Shown here piece by piece: positions 1 through 13,019 of a DNA stretch of 29,536 nucleotides (position 1 is the stretch's first letter; every line of letters starts with the position of its first letter). Made by a program: the position numbers and the translations under genes. A model generated the notes under the pieces. It was not told the DNA's origin. It was given only the letters and a program-made list of their open reading frames with translations, and ran no database searches. The DNA lies in assembly GCF_006345805.1 (NCBI RefSeq), contig NW_021824088.1, forward strand, positions 1 to 29,536. Direction: 5' to 3'. The stretch comes from Octopus sinensis (taxonomy: Eukaryota).

Positions 1-149
1 TCATTACTCCATATGTTAAAAATCTAAAGAGTGTAGACTCATCTGTGGAACATAAGTGATGTATATGTCAAGCATAAACGAAATTTGATGAAAAATATTG
101 ATTTTAAGCGAGATCAAGAAAATGGCCTATCAAACATACACAGACACAG

Positions 150-187
<38 letters not shown>

Positions 188-191
188 TATA

Positions 192-466
192 GGCCCAGGC
201 ATAGCTGTGTGGTAAGAAGATTCCTTCCCAACCACATGGTTCTGGGTTCAGTTCCACTGCATAGTACATTGAGCCAGTGTCCTCTACCATGGCCTCGGGC
301 CGACCAACCCTTGTAAGTGGATTTGGTAGACGGAAACTGAAAGTAGCCTAACGTATATATATACATATATATTAGATATCAATAAAAAATAAATAAATAT
401 ATATATGTATCTAAATATATATATATATATATATAATATATATATAATATATATTATATATATACA

Positions 467-511
<45 letters not shown>

Positions 512-740
512 TATATATATATAATATATTATGTATGTATGTTAAGTGTATTTGTGTTTGTTCCCCCAACACCGCTTGAAAACCGGGTGTTTACGTTCCC
601 GTAACTTAGCGGTTCGGCAAAAGAAGTTTTAGAATAGGTACTTGGTTTACAAAGAATAGGTCCTAGGGTCGATTTGTTCGACTAAAGGCGGTGCCCTAGC
701 ATGGCCGCACTCAAATGTCGGAAACAAGTAAAAGAAAAAA
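192..740 (+). mobile_element. tRNA-derived SINE, family A (octopus-type, internal microsatellite), full length
   Basis: Head 192-354 carries A/B-box-like TAGCTGTGTGG and GGTTCAGTTCC, then internal (TA)n 355-545, then tail 553-740 ending GAAACAAGTAAAAG. It is homologous to many other copies in the window. Confidence 0.88.
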
Positions 741-772
741 AATTATAGAATATATCTATACATACATACTTA

Positions 773-842
<70 letters not shown>

Positions 843-1269
843 GTATACACACACACATAGAAAGAAGAGAGTGCCGGTGGGTGAGATCTACGTCTGGGTG
901 TTTCTCTATATATCTGTACTGTGTATTCCCACACTGAGTGGGACATAGCGAACCATACTGTATTCACAGCGCATGCGTGGGATACGAGCGGCTTTCATTT
1001 ATGGGCAGACAACCACATGACAGAAGCTAAAAGTCTGAAACTCGAAAGTTAATGGCGACACATGTCAATTACCAAGCACCCCCGCTGCTTTTCGGCAATG
1101 GGCGGTACCTTGCCCCTTTGACACCTATTGCCTGCAAGATGGACTGGGCCATTGATTTTTATGCGTCGCAGGCATGGACGCAGCAGGAAGCTGACAACAG
1201 GATGCGAACTATCGACTCTTCGGTTGGAGTCCATAGTGCCATTCACTTGGTTTGATTCAGCTGTCACAC

Positions 1270-1940
1270 ACTAACACACACGAACACACACACACATACA
1301 GACATGCATAAATACACACACACACACACAAATACACACACACAAATACACACACATATATACACACATATATGTACACAAATTAATACGGTGGGATATA
1401 TTTAACTAATTACACACACTGTTGAAGATTTCTATATATATGTTTGTGTGTGTGTGTCTGTGTGTGTCTGTGAGTCTGTCTGTGCGAGTGTGTATGTATG
1501 TATGGATGAATGTATGTATGTATATATGATCGCTTAAACACTTCCATCTAGCAATATCTATATCCAAATTATTTCACACATAGACACATATACATTTCCG
1601 CACACAGACACAAAACTATACAAGCCTACATACATACATACATACATACATACATACATACATACATACATACATACATACATACATACACACGCACAGA
1701 CACACACACACGGACTCACGCACAAACGCACACGCACACGAACACATGCACACACACACGCGCACACACACACACCAATATATGTCCCTATAAGCATAAG
1801 CATCTTTCTCTCCCTCTCACTACATATATATATATATGTACACGCACACACACATACACACACAAACACACACACACACACACACACTCACACACACACA
1901 CACACACACACACCTACATACCTAAATACATACATATCAT
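1270..1940. repeat. Compound (CA)n/(TACA)n/(GT)n microsatellite region
   Basis: Seen directly. Confidence 0.95.
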
Positions 1941-2019
1941 TAATCTGACTTTTCTGACGACCAAGTGCAAAGTATTCTAGAGTTCCAACTACACAAACCC
2001 AGTTTTACATGTATATTAA

Positions 2020-2054
<35 letters not shown>

Positions 2055-2334
2055 CGTAAAGGGAACCAAACACATTTACACATACACATGCCACATACGC
2101 ACGCACAGCCCGCACACCCGCCTATATATGCATGTATGTTTGAGCGTTTGTGTTTGTGTATATATTTATATGAAAACACGCATACGCATGCAAGACTATC
2201 TATGCAAAATGGCGCATTTGTGAGCATGCCTGTATTGGGGGAGGGTGTAACTGTAAAGCCGGCGTTATTGGCAGACGTTCGAGGTATTGGAGAATGGAGG
2301 GCGTGACTTATAATGGAGAATGCATGTACACATA

Positions 2335-2541
2335 ATGCACATATATGTATACATATATATGCATGTATATGTATGTATGTATGTATGTGTATGTATACCT
2401 ATTCATATATGTGTATTTATATAAATATATACACACATACACATATATACATATATATTTACATAAATATTATGCATATACAAAAACACATATACACACA
2501 CACATATATATATACACATATACATATATTATATATATATA

Positions 2542-2577
<36 letters not shown>

Positions 2578-2810
2578 TATACACACACATATATACCTGT
2601 ATATATATATGCACACATATATATAAGTATATATAAACATATACACTCACATATATATATATATACATATACATATATATATGCATATACAAACACATAT
2701 GTATGATATGTGTATATATACGCAAGTCTTGCATGTATGTATTAATACATATATTATATATATATATATATATATAATATAAACTATTATATATATATAT
2801 CAAGTGAGAG
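2335..2810. repeat. (TA)n/(CA)n compound microsatellite
   Basis: Seen directly. Confidence 0.95.
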
Positions 2811-2924
2811 AGGAAGGCAGAGAGAAAGTGAGAGTGAGAGACATATTTGTACATATATGTGTTTATTTATAAATATACACATAGGTTCCTATATATACGT
2901 TTACCTATATATTTTTCTCTACAT

Positions 2925-3303
2925 GACACTCCATCGTTACGACGACTAGAGTTCCAGAGATCCAATCAACGGAACAGCCTACTCGTGAAATTAACTTGCA
3001 AGTGGCTGAGCATTCCACAGACACGTGTACCTTTACCATAATTCTTGGGGGAGATTCAACGTGACACAGAGTGTGACGAGGTTGGCTCCTTTGAAATATA
3101 GGTGCAACAGAAACAGAAAGAAAGAGAGAGAGGAAGTTGTGGTGAAAGTGTATAGCAGGGTTCGCCACCACTCCCTGACAGACCCTTGTGGAGCTTTGAG
3201 TGTTAGCGCTCAATAAACACTCACGATACCCAGTCTGGCAATCGAAACAACGATCCCACGACCGCGAGCCCGCTGGCCTAACCACTGGTCCGCTGCCCTC
3301 CAC
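2925..3303 (-). mobile_element. tRNA-derived SINE, family B, near full length
   Basis: The minus strand begins GTGGAGGGCAGCGGACCAGTGGTTAG...GTTTCGATTGCC (tRNA-like A/B boxes) and ends CGTCGTAACGATGGAGTGTC. It shares head features and the TTGYACCTRTAWTTCAAA block with 17505-17664. Confidence 0.8.
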
Positions 3304-3304
3304 A

Positions 3305-3332
3305 TTTCTCTCTCTCTCTCTTTCTCTCACGC

Positions 3333-3399
<67 letters not shown>

Positions 3400-3475
3400 T
3401 ATACATATATATATATATATTACATATACACCCGGATACTCCCATATATATATTATAGATATAATATATATATAT

Positions 3476-3536
<61 letters not shown>

Positions 3537-3729
3537 ATATATATTCTGTTGTGTCTGGGGAGAGTCATTCTCTTTTAGTGCCTTATGATTTAATACACTC
3601 ATAAAGAATTTTGCCAAACCAAATCCAAACCAGAAATATATATGTATATACATGTGCGACTCTCTGTGTGTATATATGTATATATATCACAAATATATAT
3701 AATATATACGCACACACAGATATATATGA

Positions 3730-3780
<51 letters not shown>

Positions 3781-4019
3781 ATAATATATAATATATATTA
3801 TATATACAATATACATATATGCATATATGCATATACACAGAAGTATGCATGTATATACCTATGTTATATCTATACGTATATATGCATATATAATATATAT
3901 TATATATATATGTATATATATTATATATATATGCATATATATATATATATATGTGTTGTGTGTGTGTGTGTGTGTGTGTCTCTATATATATGTATGTGTC
4001 TATGTGTATAATATATATA

Positions 4020-4068
<49 letters not shown>

Positions 4069-4070
4069 CA
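3305..4070. repeat. (TC)n then (TA)n-rich microsatellite region
   Basis: Seen directly; contains the 3541-3640 insert. Confidence 0.95.
3541..3640. repeat. Penelope-end-like interspersed repeat fragment with internal inversion, embedded in (TA)n
   Basis: 3541-3600 is near-identical to 11299-11359. 3601-3640 is the reverse complement of 11239-11278. PLE assignment is inference. Confidence 0.7.
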
Positions 4071-4549
4071 TATTCTTTGATTGCATGCATAAAGCTACAT
4101 CAACTCAAAGTGACACCCACTCTCAAAACCTGACACTCATACCCTTACGCATCCATCCACCGATACACACACACACACGCACACGCACACACAAATACAG
4201 AAGCGGACACACGTACACGGTAATGGAGAGCAAGCGCCATTACTTGCTCGCGCGAAGCGAATCAATGCCGGAGTTGGGTTGTGAGGAAGCGCTTGCTTAA
4301 TGTGCAAGTCAATATGACACTCATCTTAGATTCAAGTCAGTTAAAAACCACCTCCTCGTGTGGAGAGGATGTTTGTATAAGAACGACCACTGGCTGGTGA
4401 GAACCTTTCGCTCGGATTATATACATTAGACATCTGCTTACTACGGATAAATGGAGATTATGTATGTATATATACCCCACCCGCGCTCTCTCTCGCTCTC
4501 CCTCTCTGCCCGCCTTTTTCTCATCTCTTTCGGATCCTTTCTCAATCTA

Positions 4550-4900
<351 letters not shown>

Positions 4901-5092
4901 TTCCCTCCCGTTGACAGTCAGCAGCTGATAATGGGATGATGCTGTGATGATTGCTGATAGTAATGTGGTGGGTCATTTTGTTGTTCTTGTTGTTGATTGT
5001 GTTGATCGTGGTAGTGTTTGTGTGTGGATGTCATTGCTTCCAAATGACAGCAGAAGAGTGATACACACACACACACACGCACACACACACAC

Positions 5093-5135
<43 letters not shown>

Positions 5136-5148
5136 CATACACATATAT

Positions 5149-5407
5149 TCTTTTATTCTTTTACTTGTTTCCGTCATTTGACTGCGGCCATGCTAGAGCA
5201 CAACCTTTAGTTGAACAAATCAATTCCAGGACTTATTCTTTGTAAGCCTAGTACCTTATTCTATCGGTGCCTTTTGCCGAAACACTAAGTTACGGGGATG
5301 TACTCACACTAGCATCTGTTGTAAAGCGATGTTGGGGGTACGAACACAGACGCACAAACACGTACACACACACATATATACATATATATGTATGTGTGTA
5401 TATGTAC

Positions 5408-5441
<34 letters not shown>

Positions 5442-5596
5442 TGGGCTTCTTTCAGATTCCGTCTACCAAATCCACTCACGAGGCTTTGGTCGACCTGAGG
5501 CTATTGCAGAAGACATTTGGCAAAATGCACACAGTGGTACTGAACCAGAACCATATGGTTGGTAAGCAAGCTACTTACTACAGACCCACTCCTGCG

Positions 5597-5598
<2 letters not shown>
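5149..5598 (-). mobile_element. SINE family A, full length
   Basis: Reverse complement of the family A consensus: tail TTTTACTTGTTTCCGTCATTTGACTGCGGCCATGC, internal (CA/TA)n, head ending CCACTCCTGCGCC. Confidence 0.9.
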
Positions 5599-5651
<53 letters not shown>

Positions 5652-5660
5652 TCTTACTCT

Positions 5661-6067
5661 CTCTTTTACTTTTTACTTGTTTCAGTCATTTGACTGCGGC
5701 CATGCTGGAGCACCGCCTTTAGTCGAGCAACTCGAACCGGGAACTTATTCTTGTAAGCTAGTTATACTTATCTATCGGTTTCTTTGCCGAACCGCTAAGT
5801 GACGGGGACATAAACACACCAGCATGTTTGTCAAGCAATGTAGGAGGAAAACACAGACACAGACATACCCACACACACACACATATATACATATATATAC
5901 ATATATACGACGGGCCTCTTCTGTTTCCGTCTACCAAATCCACTTACAAGGCTTTGGTCGACCCGGGCTATAGTAGAAGACACTTGCCAAAGGTTCACGC
6001 AGTGGAACTGAACCCGGAACCATGTGGCTGGTAAGCAAGATACTTACCACACAGCCACTCCTGTGCC
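5661..6067 (-). mobile_element. SINE family A, full length (tandem with previous copy)
   Basis: Same tail, microsatellite and head organisation; head ends CACAGCCACTCCTGTGCC. Confidence 0.9.
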
Positions 6068-6127
6068 TATATACATATATATTATATATATTATATATAT
6101 ATATTATATATTATATATATATTATAG

Positions 6128-6159
<32 letters not shown>

Positions 6160-6375
6160 TTATATATATATTACATACATATATATATATATTATATATT
6201 ATAATATTATATATATATGTATGTATGTATGTATAATATGTATATGATAGATACATATACATAAACATTAATGAAGATGTGTAAAATCCAAGCTGTGTCC
6301 TCTCGAAGCACATTTGCGTATTCCAGTATTACAATCTAGCATTTAGATGCTGTCGTTCTTCCATTGATATAAAGT

Positions 6376-6401
6376 GGCGAGCTGGCACAATCGTTAGCAC
6401 G
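6376..6401 (+). mobile_element. 5-prime fragment of SINE family D
   Basis: GGCGAGCTGGCACAATCGTTAGCACGC matches the heads at 22626 and 27351. Confidence 0.5.
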
Positions 6402-6402
6402 C

Positions 6403-7324
6403 ATTAGTACTGCATTTAGTTTTGCATGCTGATAGCACAAGGCTTGAAACTTTTCAGGTTTAAACTGTGTGCTATTCTATTCTTCTCGGCCCACTTGTAT
6501 GTTACAGCCAACTCACATTGTAGGTGCATAGCGCCTTCAGGGTTCTGTATCACCTGTGAGACTTTTGTATCATCTGGATAACTTGCGAACGTGTCTCTCT
6601 CTATGGTCGAGAGCATATCTGAAAGGGTCATTATGAATAGCAGTAGTCTCAAAACAGTGCCTTGTGGAACACCTCTCACTATTTGCGTGCCATTTGAAGT
6701 GGCCCCATTGGCTACTACCACCTGGCTCCTATCTTTCAGAAAGTCATGCAGCCATTCTCACAATTCCCCAACTATACCAAGATCATGCAGTTTGTGACAT
6801 ATCATTCCATGATCGACTTTATCAAAGGCCTTTGCGAAGTCGAGATATATCATATCCACATTGGAGAGGTTGAGCAGCTGTTTCAACGCCCAGTCATAAT
6901 GTGGCAAGAGCTGAGTCAGGCAGCTTCTTCCTGGTCGAAAACCATGTTGGGTGTCAGCCAGCAAATCATTTCCTCAAGGAAGGTGATTAGTTTTCTTCTG
7001 ACTATTCGTTCCATAACTTTGCTGAGGTGCGAGGTCAGAGAAGATAGGTCTGTAGTTTTTGGCTTCTGCTCTGCTACCTCCTTTATGAATAGTGAATATT
7101 TTACCCTCCATCAGCTTGCTTGGAAGTTTGACAGTTGCAAGGGAACTCTGGAAGAGGGACTGCAGTGGTTTTCCTAGGACTCGCTTACAAGCTTTTAGAG
7201 GGATTGCTGGGAATCCTTCAGGGTGACTAGCTGAGTTCGGATTCATTTCATCTATAGCACTTATTACATCGTTTTCTTTTATATTGATGTAATCAGTCAT
7301 CACTGCCTCTGTTTTTATATCTGC

Positions 7325-7327
<3 letters not shown>
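6403..7327 (-). mobile_element. Decayed CR1/Jockey-group LINE reverse transcriptase fragment
   Basis: Frameshifted minus-strand ORFs carry the RT motifs KNYRPI, QHGFRPGRSCLTQLL, YLDFAKAFDKVDH, GVPQGTVL and YPDDTK (degenerate YADD). Confidence 0.93.
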
Positions 7328-7505
<178 letters not shown>

Positions 7506-7837
7506 AGTCTACACATATACACGCACACACACTCATACATGGATCAAAGATGCGATATACGGTCAATACATACGATAAATATAGGAATCAGGCAACGATT
7601 CGCTGAATGACTAATCAACAGTTTTATGTCTTTAAGATGGCTTTGAAGTTATTCCGTGACCCGACTTCGTCAGGATGTTTGAGGAGGCCGCTTACGATCA
7701 ATCCCACCACAAAACCGTATCAACCTTCTTCTTATATATGATATACGCGTATGCGTGTGTAAATTAACATACACATATAAATGAGAGTGCGTGTGTATAA
7801 ATTATATATATATATCTATATATATATGATATATTAT

Positions 7838-7888
<51 letters not shown>

Positions 7889-8146
7889 TAATATGTATAT
7901 GCAGTTTTATACGTCATAATATGCAATGTCTACATATGTGTGTGTATATCCATACACACACACTGCACATAATTTCTACGTGGAAGACGTTTATAAGCCA
8001 TTTAACAAAACACAGAAAAAAACCATTAGATTCATTCAACGTAAAAATTTTATTTGAGTCAAAATATTTTCGTCGCTTTGAAACCACGACCTGTTCAGTG
8101 AAAAAACTTCGTGCTACATCTATATATATATATATACATACATACA

Positions 8147-8178
<32 letters not shown>

Positions 8179-8454
8179 ATATATATATATATATATACTA
8201 TATTAATATATTATCATAGATATCATTACATACACAACCACACATATATATATATACATACACAGATATATATATATATATAATATATATATATTATATA
8301 TATATATATATTAGTTGGTGTCATTCAATATGAGAGGCTTGGCGCCGAATCCTATTTGTATCAATATGCAACTTTGACGAAGCAAAAATACACTGAAATT
8401 ATTAATAAGTTCTAATTTTATTGCGCTATTGATATTCCATAGTCTATCTAATAA

Positions 8455-8505
8455 AAATAATAATAATAATAACAATAATAATAATAATAATATCTAATAA
8501 TAATA

Positions 8506-8537
<32 letters not shown>

Positions 8538-8569
8538 TATTAATAATAATGATGATGATAATAATAATA

Positions 8570-8601
<32 letters not shown>

Positions 8602-8649
8602 TGATATATATATAATAATAATAATAATGATATTAATATAATGATGATG

Positions 8650-8693
<44 letters not shown>

Positions 8694-8910
8694 TATAATA
8701 ATAATAATAATAATGATAATAATAATAATGATAATAATAATAATAATAGTAATAATGATAATAATAATGATATAATAATAATGATGATGATAATAATATA
8801 TAATAAATAATATAATAATAAAATAATAATAATATAATAATGATATTAATAATAATGATGATGAAATAATAATAATAATAATAATAGTAATAATAGTAGT
8901 AATAATAATA

Positions 8911-8945
<35 letters not shown>

Positions 8946-8963
8946 GTAGTAGTAGTAGTAGTA

Positions 8964-9003
<40 letters not shown>

Positions 9004-9025
9004 TAATGATAATAATAATGATAAT
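8455..9025. repeat. (AAT)n trinucleotide array, ~570 bp
   Basis: Seen directly, with GAT/AGT variants. Confidence 0.97.
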
Positions 9026-9424
9026 CATGTTCTCTTATTCTATTCGTTTATCTATATCATTCTTTTATTCTGGTTATATGATGACTTCCCGAGGGGATGT
9101 GGTAAATTTTTCGGTTTACAATTGGGTGGGAAATTGGTTACGTGTAACAGCTTTCGACGATTTGAAGGGTGCGTGTTTGTGTGTGTGTACGTGTATGTGT
9201 ACGTGTGTGTGTGTGTGTGTTACATATGCTGTTTTGTTTTATTGACTGGTTTGTATAAGGTTTATTAGTTTAAGATCGGCAAACACATTACGAGGAAGGG
9301 TAACCTGTGTCCCACTACCGTAAAACTATACGAGATAATACACGTAAATGAATAAATATATGTAAGGTTATCTATCTACCTACCTGTTTGTCGGTCATTC
9401 TGTCTATCGATCGATCGATGTAAC

Positions 9425-9427
9425 AAG

Positions 9428-9481
<54 letters not shown>

Positions 9482-9707
9482 GCCTATATACTTACATACC
9501 TACCTTCCTCCCTCCCTCCCTCCCTCCCTTCCTCTCTATCTATCTATTTATCTATCTAATCTATCTCTGTATCTACCTATCTATCTATCCATCTATCTAT
9601 CCATCTATCTATCTCTCTTTGTGTATGTATGTATGGTATGTATGTATCTATCTATCTATCTGCCAATCTATCTACCAACCAACCAACCAACTTACATACG
9701 TACCTAT

Positions 9708-9789
<82 letters not shown>

Positions 9790-9985
9790 GTCTATCTATT
9801 TATCTATCTACCTATCTATAAATCCATTGATTTATCTATCAATCTATGTATCTATTCACCTACCATTTACCTACCTATATATTTATCTGTCTATTTATCT
9901 ATCAACTTATCTATCTATGTACCTATCTATCTGTCAATTTAATTATTTATGTGCCCGCTAGTCTATCTATCGCCCTATCTGTCTG
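9425..9985. repeat. Degenerate (TCTA)n region
   Basis: Seen directly. Confidence 0.95.
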
Positions 9986-9990
9986 TTATA

Positions 9991-11225
9991 CAAGGTGTCC
10001 ATAAAGACTCTTTACAATTTTAAAATTTTATTACAAAGGCAGTTGACAAGATATCTTAACCAGATTTGTTTTATTGTAATCATTGTTTATTGAAGTTCTT
10101 TTAACTGTTATTTAATAGACCTCAATATGGGTACCATTAGTTGCGCGAAGCACATCAAGACGGTACTCGATTTCTTGCTATGTTCGCTGTAGGATAGCCT
10201 CATCAACGGTGGCAATGGCATTACGAATCCTTTGCTTCAAGTCAGCAATATCCCATATCTTTGTTTGATACACGATGTTTTTACATAACCCCATAAAAAG
10301 AAGTCCAAGTGAGTGATATCTGGCGAACGCGGTGGCCATGGAATTGGCCCAGCCCTTCCAATCCATCGGTCTGGAAATGTTTGATTGAGGAACTGACGAA
10401 CATGCCGTCCCCAATGTGGTGGTGCACCATCTTGCTGGAGAATGATGGTTGGTTGTAAATCAATCAGTTGTGGTGCCACATATTCGGTCAGAAGGACGAG
10501 GTAAACATCTGCAGTAATTGTTGCCTCGTTCAAGAAAAATGGACCAATTATTCAATTGCACACGATTCCATACCACACATTCACTTTTGGGCTAGCCCGT
10601 TGAAGCTCCCTAGTGTAACCTCTCGAAAGAACTGTTCTTCACTCCTGCTCCAGAGCGTCGGCTGCGGGGTCATTCCGAAAGCTCTATCTGGCGACGATTT
10701 CATCTCAAATCGAAGAGAGGGGCTTTCTCCGTCCGGTCGTTGCGGATCCGTGGAATAAGCTGCCGGACGAGATGGTTAAGAGGCCGACGACCGCTCGGTT
10801 CAAAGTCTCCTTTGACCACAATGGTCTGAACTCTTTACATGAACACCACCCTGTACATAACTCCATGACCCCTACATGGCCTTGCTTTTTGCTTTTTGAG
10901 CCAAAATATAAACTAACTAACTAACCAACATGGGGGTGTTCTGATCCCCAGATTCCCACATTGTGTCTGTTTAATTTCCCTGAAACATGAAAAGTCGCCT
11001 CGTCACTAAAACAAACTCGCTTGAGGAATGCTTCATCCTCATTTTATAGGGGTTCAGTGAATCAGTTCCCTTTCATCAACAGAGTATCTGAAACACAAAA
11101 ATTTAATATCAATAAAACCTTTAAATAAACAATTATTAAAACAAAACAAATCTGGATAAAATATCTCATCAACTGCCTTTGTAATAATTTTTTTAAAATT
11201 GTAATGGGACTTTATGGACACCCTT
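9991..11225 (-). mobile_element. Tc1/mariner-superfamily DD41D (rosa/Visitor-type) transposon, internally deleted
   Basis: ~105-bp TIRs (CAAGGTGTCCATAAAGACTC... / ...GGGACTTTATGGACACCCTT) with TA flanks. Transposase motifs FSDEATFH, PKVNVW, QQDGAPPH and WPPRSPDITHLDFFLWGYVK are present, with 41 residues between the second and third Asp. The N-terminal HTH region is missing. Confidence 0.92.
10621..10925 (+). mobile_element. 5-prime-truncated CR1-type LINE 3-prime end nested in the DD41D transposase
   Basis: With frameshifts it reads ELFFTPAPERRLRGHSE-KLYL..RFHL..AFSVR..DPWNKLPDEMVKRPTTARFKVSFDH (CR1 RT C-terminal pattern). It ends in an (AACT)n tail and splits the transposase segment HPHV / TRELQRASPK. 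Confidence 0.8.
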
Positions 11226-11238
11226 TATATATAATATA

Positions 11239-11400
11239 TATATTTGGGTTTTGGATTTGGTTGTAAGATTCCTTTATATAAGTTCGTCTGTGTTGAACAT
11301 ATTCTGTTGTGTCTGGGGAGAGTCATTCTCTTTTAGTGCCTTATTAGTTTAACACACTCACCGGTAAAATTTCCACTTATTTCTTACTTTTATTTCTAAA
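11239..11400. repeat. Penelope-end-like interspersed repeat fragment in (TA)n
   Basis: Shares sequence with 3541-3640 and with 14011-14070 (GCAAGATT.TTTAT...GTGTTGAACA). Confidence 0.65.
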
Positions 11401-11609
11401 ATGCAAGTTATGAGTTTATTATTCAAATAATATATATATATTATATATATAATATATTATATTATATTATATATATTAATATATATTATATCTATATATA
11501 TTAATATATATATATATATATATATAATATATATATATTTATCATTATTATATATATAGTATATAATATATATATAGATATAATATATATTTATATTTAT
11601 TATTCAAAT

Positions 11610-11645
<36 letters not shown>

Positions 11646-12009
11646 TATTTGAATAATAAACTTATAACGTGCATGTTAAAGCTGTTTTACGGTTATAGGC
11701 ACCCATGTGCCATCATACATCAGGGTTATTCTTTCCACTAGATATACGTGTGGAACTCCGTTAGGGCAAACGGAGCTTATATGATATTTTCATAAACGAA
11801 GGAGATGGACCTGAGGACGTACCGGCACACAAACGCTGCTAGATCATGTTTATTTATATAATTATTTCGAAAATTCTTAATGTGAAAGTATGATATGGAA
11901 AGCTCAGCAACTAACAGCTGTTACCACTGCACAGAAACAAATGTTGATATCCGTAATTAAACCCTGTTCATTCCATCTTTATCATTTTATAACATATATA
12001 TGTATAATA

Positions 12010-12417
12010 CTCTTTTACTCTTTTACTTGTTTCAGTCATTTGACTGCGGCCATGCTGGAGCACCGCCTTTAGTCGAGCAAATCCAACCTAGGACTTATTC
12101 TTTGTAAGCCCAGTACTTATTCTATTGGTCTCTTTTGCCGAACCGCTAAGTGACGGGGACGTAAACCACTAGCATCGGTTGTCAAGCAATGCTAGGAGAC
12201 AAACACAGACACAAACAACACACACACACATATCTATATATTATATACATATATACGACAGGATCTTTCAGTTTCCCGTCTAACCAAATCCACTCACAAG
12301 GCATTGGTCGGCCCGAGGCTATAGTAGAATACACTTGCCCAGGTGCCACGCAGTGGGAACTGAACCCGGAACATGTGGTTGGCTTGCAAGCTACTTACCA
12401 CACAGCCACTCCTGCGC
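12010..12417 (-). mobile_element. SINE family A, full length
   Basis: Reverse complement of the family A consensus from TACTCTTTTACTTGTTTCAGTC to CCACTCCTGCGC. Confidence 0.92.
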
Positions 12418-12695
12418 TATATATATATATATATTTAGTTATTGTGAAAGCACGTGGTTGAATATATAGAAAATAGTAAAAAGTGAAAAAACTACAGAAG
12501 GCTTAAATGTTAAAAAATATATATTTGCGTCAATATGTCTGAAGAATATTAAAGAATTTTTTTGAAGAATATTAAAAATTTTTTTTCTCTTATATTGACA
12601 TAATTCAGAAGAAAGACCGGTTCCGCGTTTAGCTTTTCAAATTTCTTGCGACGATAACGTCGCAAGAAATTTATATATATATATATGTACACACA

Positions 12696-12845
12696 CGACG
12701 GGTTTCTTTCAATTTCTGTCTACCAAATCAAGGCTTTAGTCGACTCCAGGCTATTGTACAAGACACCCGCCCAAGATGCCACGCAGTGGGACTGAACTCG
12801 GCACCATGTGGATGAGAAGCAAACTTCTTACCACACAGCCACGCC
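12696..12845 (-). mobile_element. SINE family A, head half only
   Basis: Runs CGACGGGTTTCTTTCAATTTCTGTCTACCAAATC to CTTACCACACAGCCACGCC. Confidence 0.85.
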
Positions 12846-13019
12846 TATATATATCTGTATGTATGTACTTGGATTTGTATATACATATATGTATATATGT
12901 ATATGTATATGTGGGTAAATATGTGTGTGTATGCGCGTGTGCGTATATGTATATACACACACATATATATACACATATACACAAGTGCATACGTAGATCA
13001 TTAATTGCATTACCATAAT

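Noticed and set aside
2205-2310. Promoter call from YY1-like CAAAATGGCGC and GC-box-like motifs
   Set aside because: These are short motifs with no linked exon or other support, and are expected by chance.
4220-4297. HDV-like ribozyme
   Set aside because: There is no room for P3/L3 between the P2-like strand and the P1 3-prime strand, so the nested double-pseudoknot order is not met.
7641-7675. Hammerhead on the minus strand starting CTGACGA
   Set aside because: GGAA replaces GAAA, helix II is only 2 bp, and there is no helix I partner.
11742-11818. Exon-like segment (ttccactag| ... GGAC|gtaccg) with a 7-bp hairpin
   Set aside because: It has stops in all three frames and a weak donor, so it is not a coding exon. 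A non-coding exon cannot be excluded but is unsupported.
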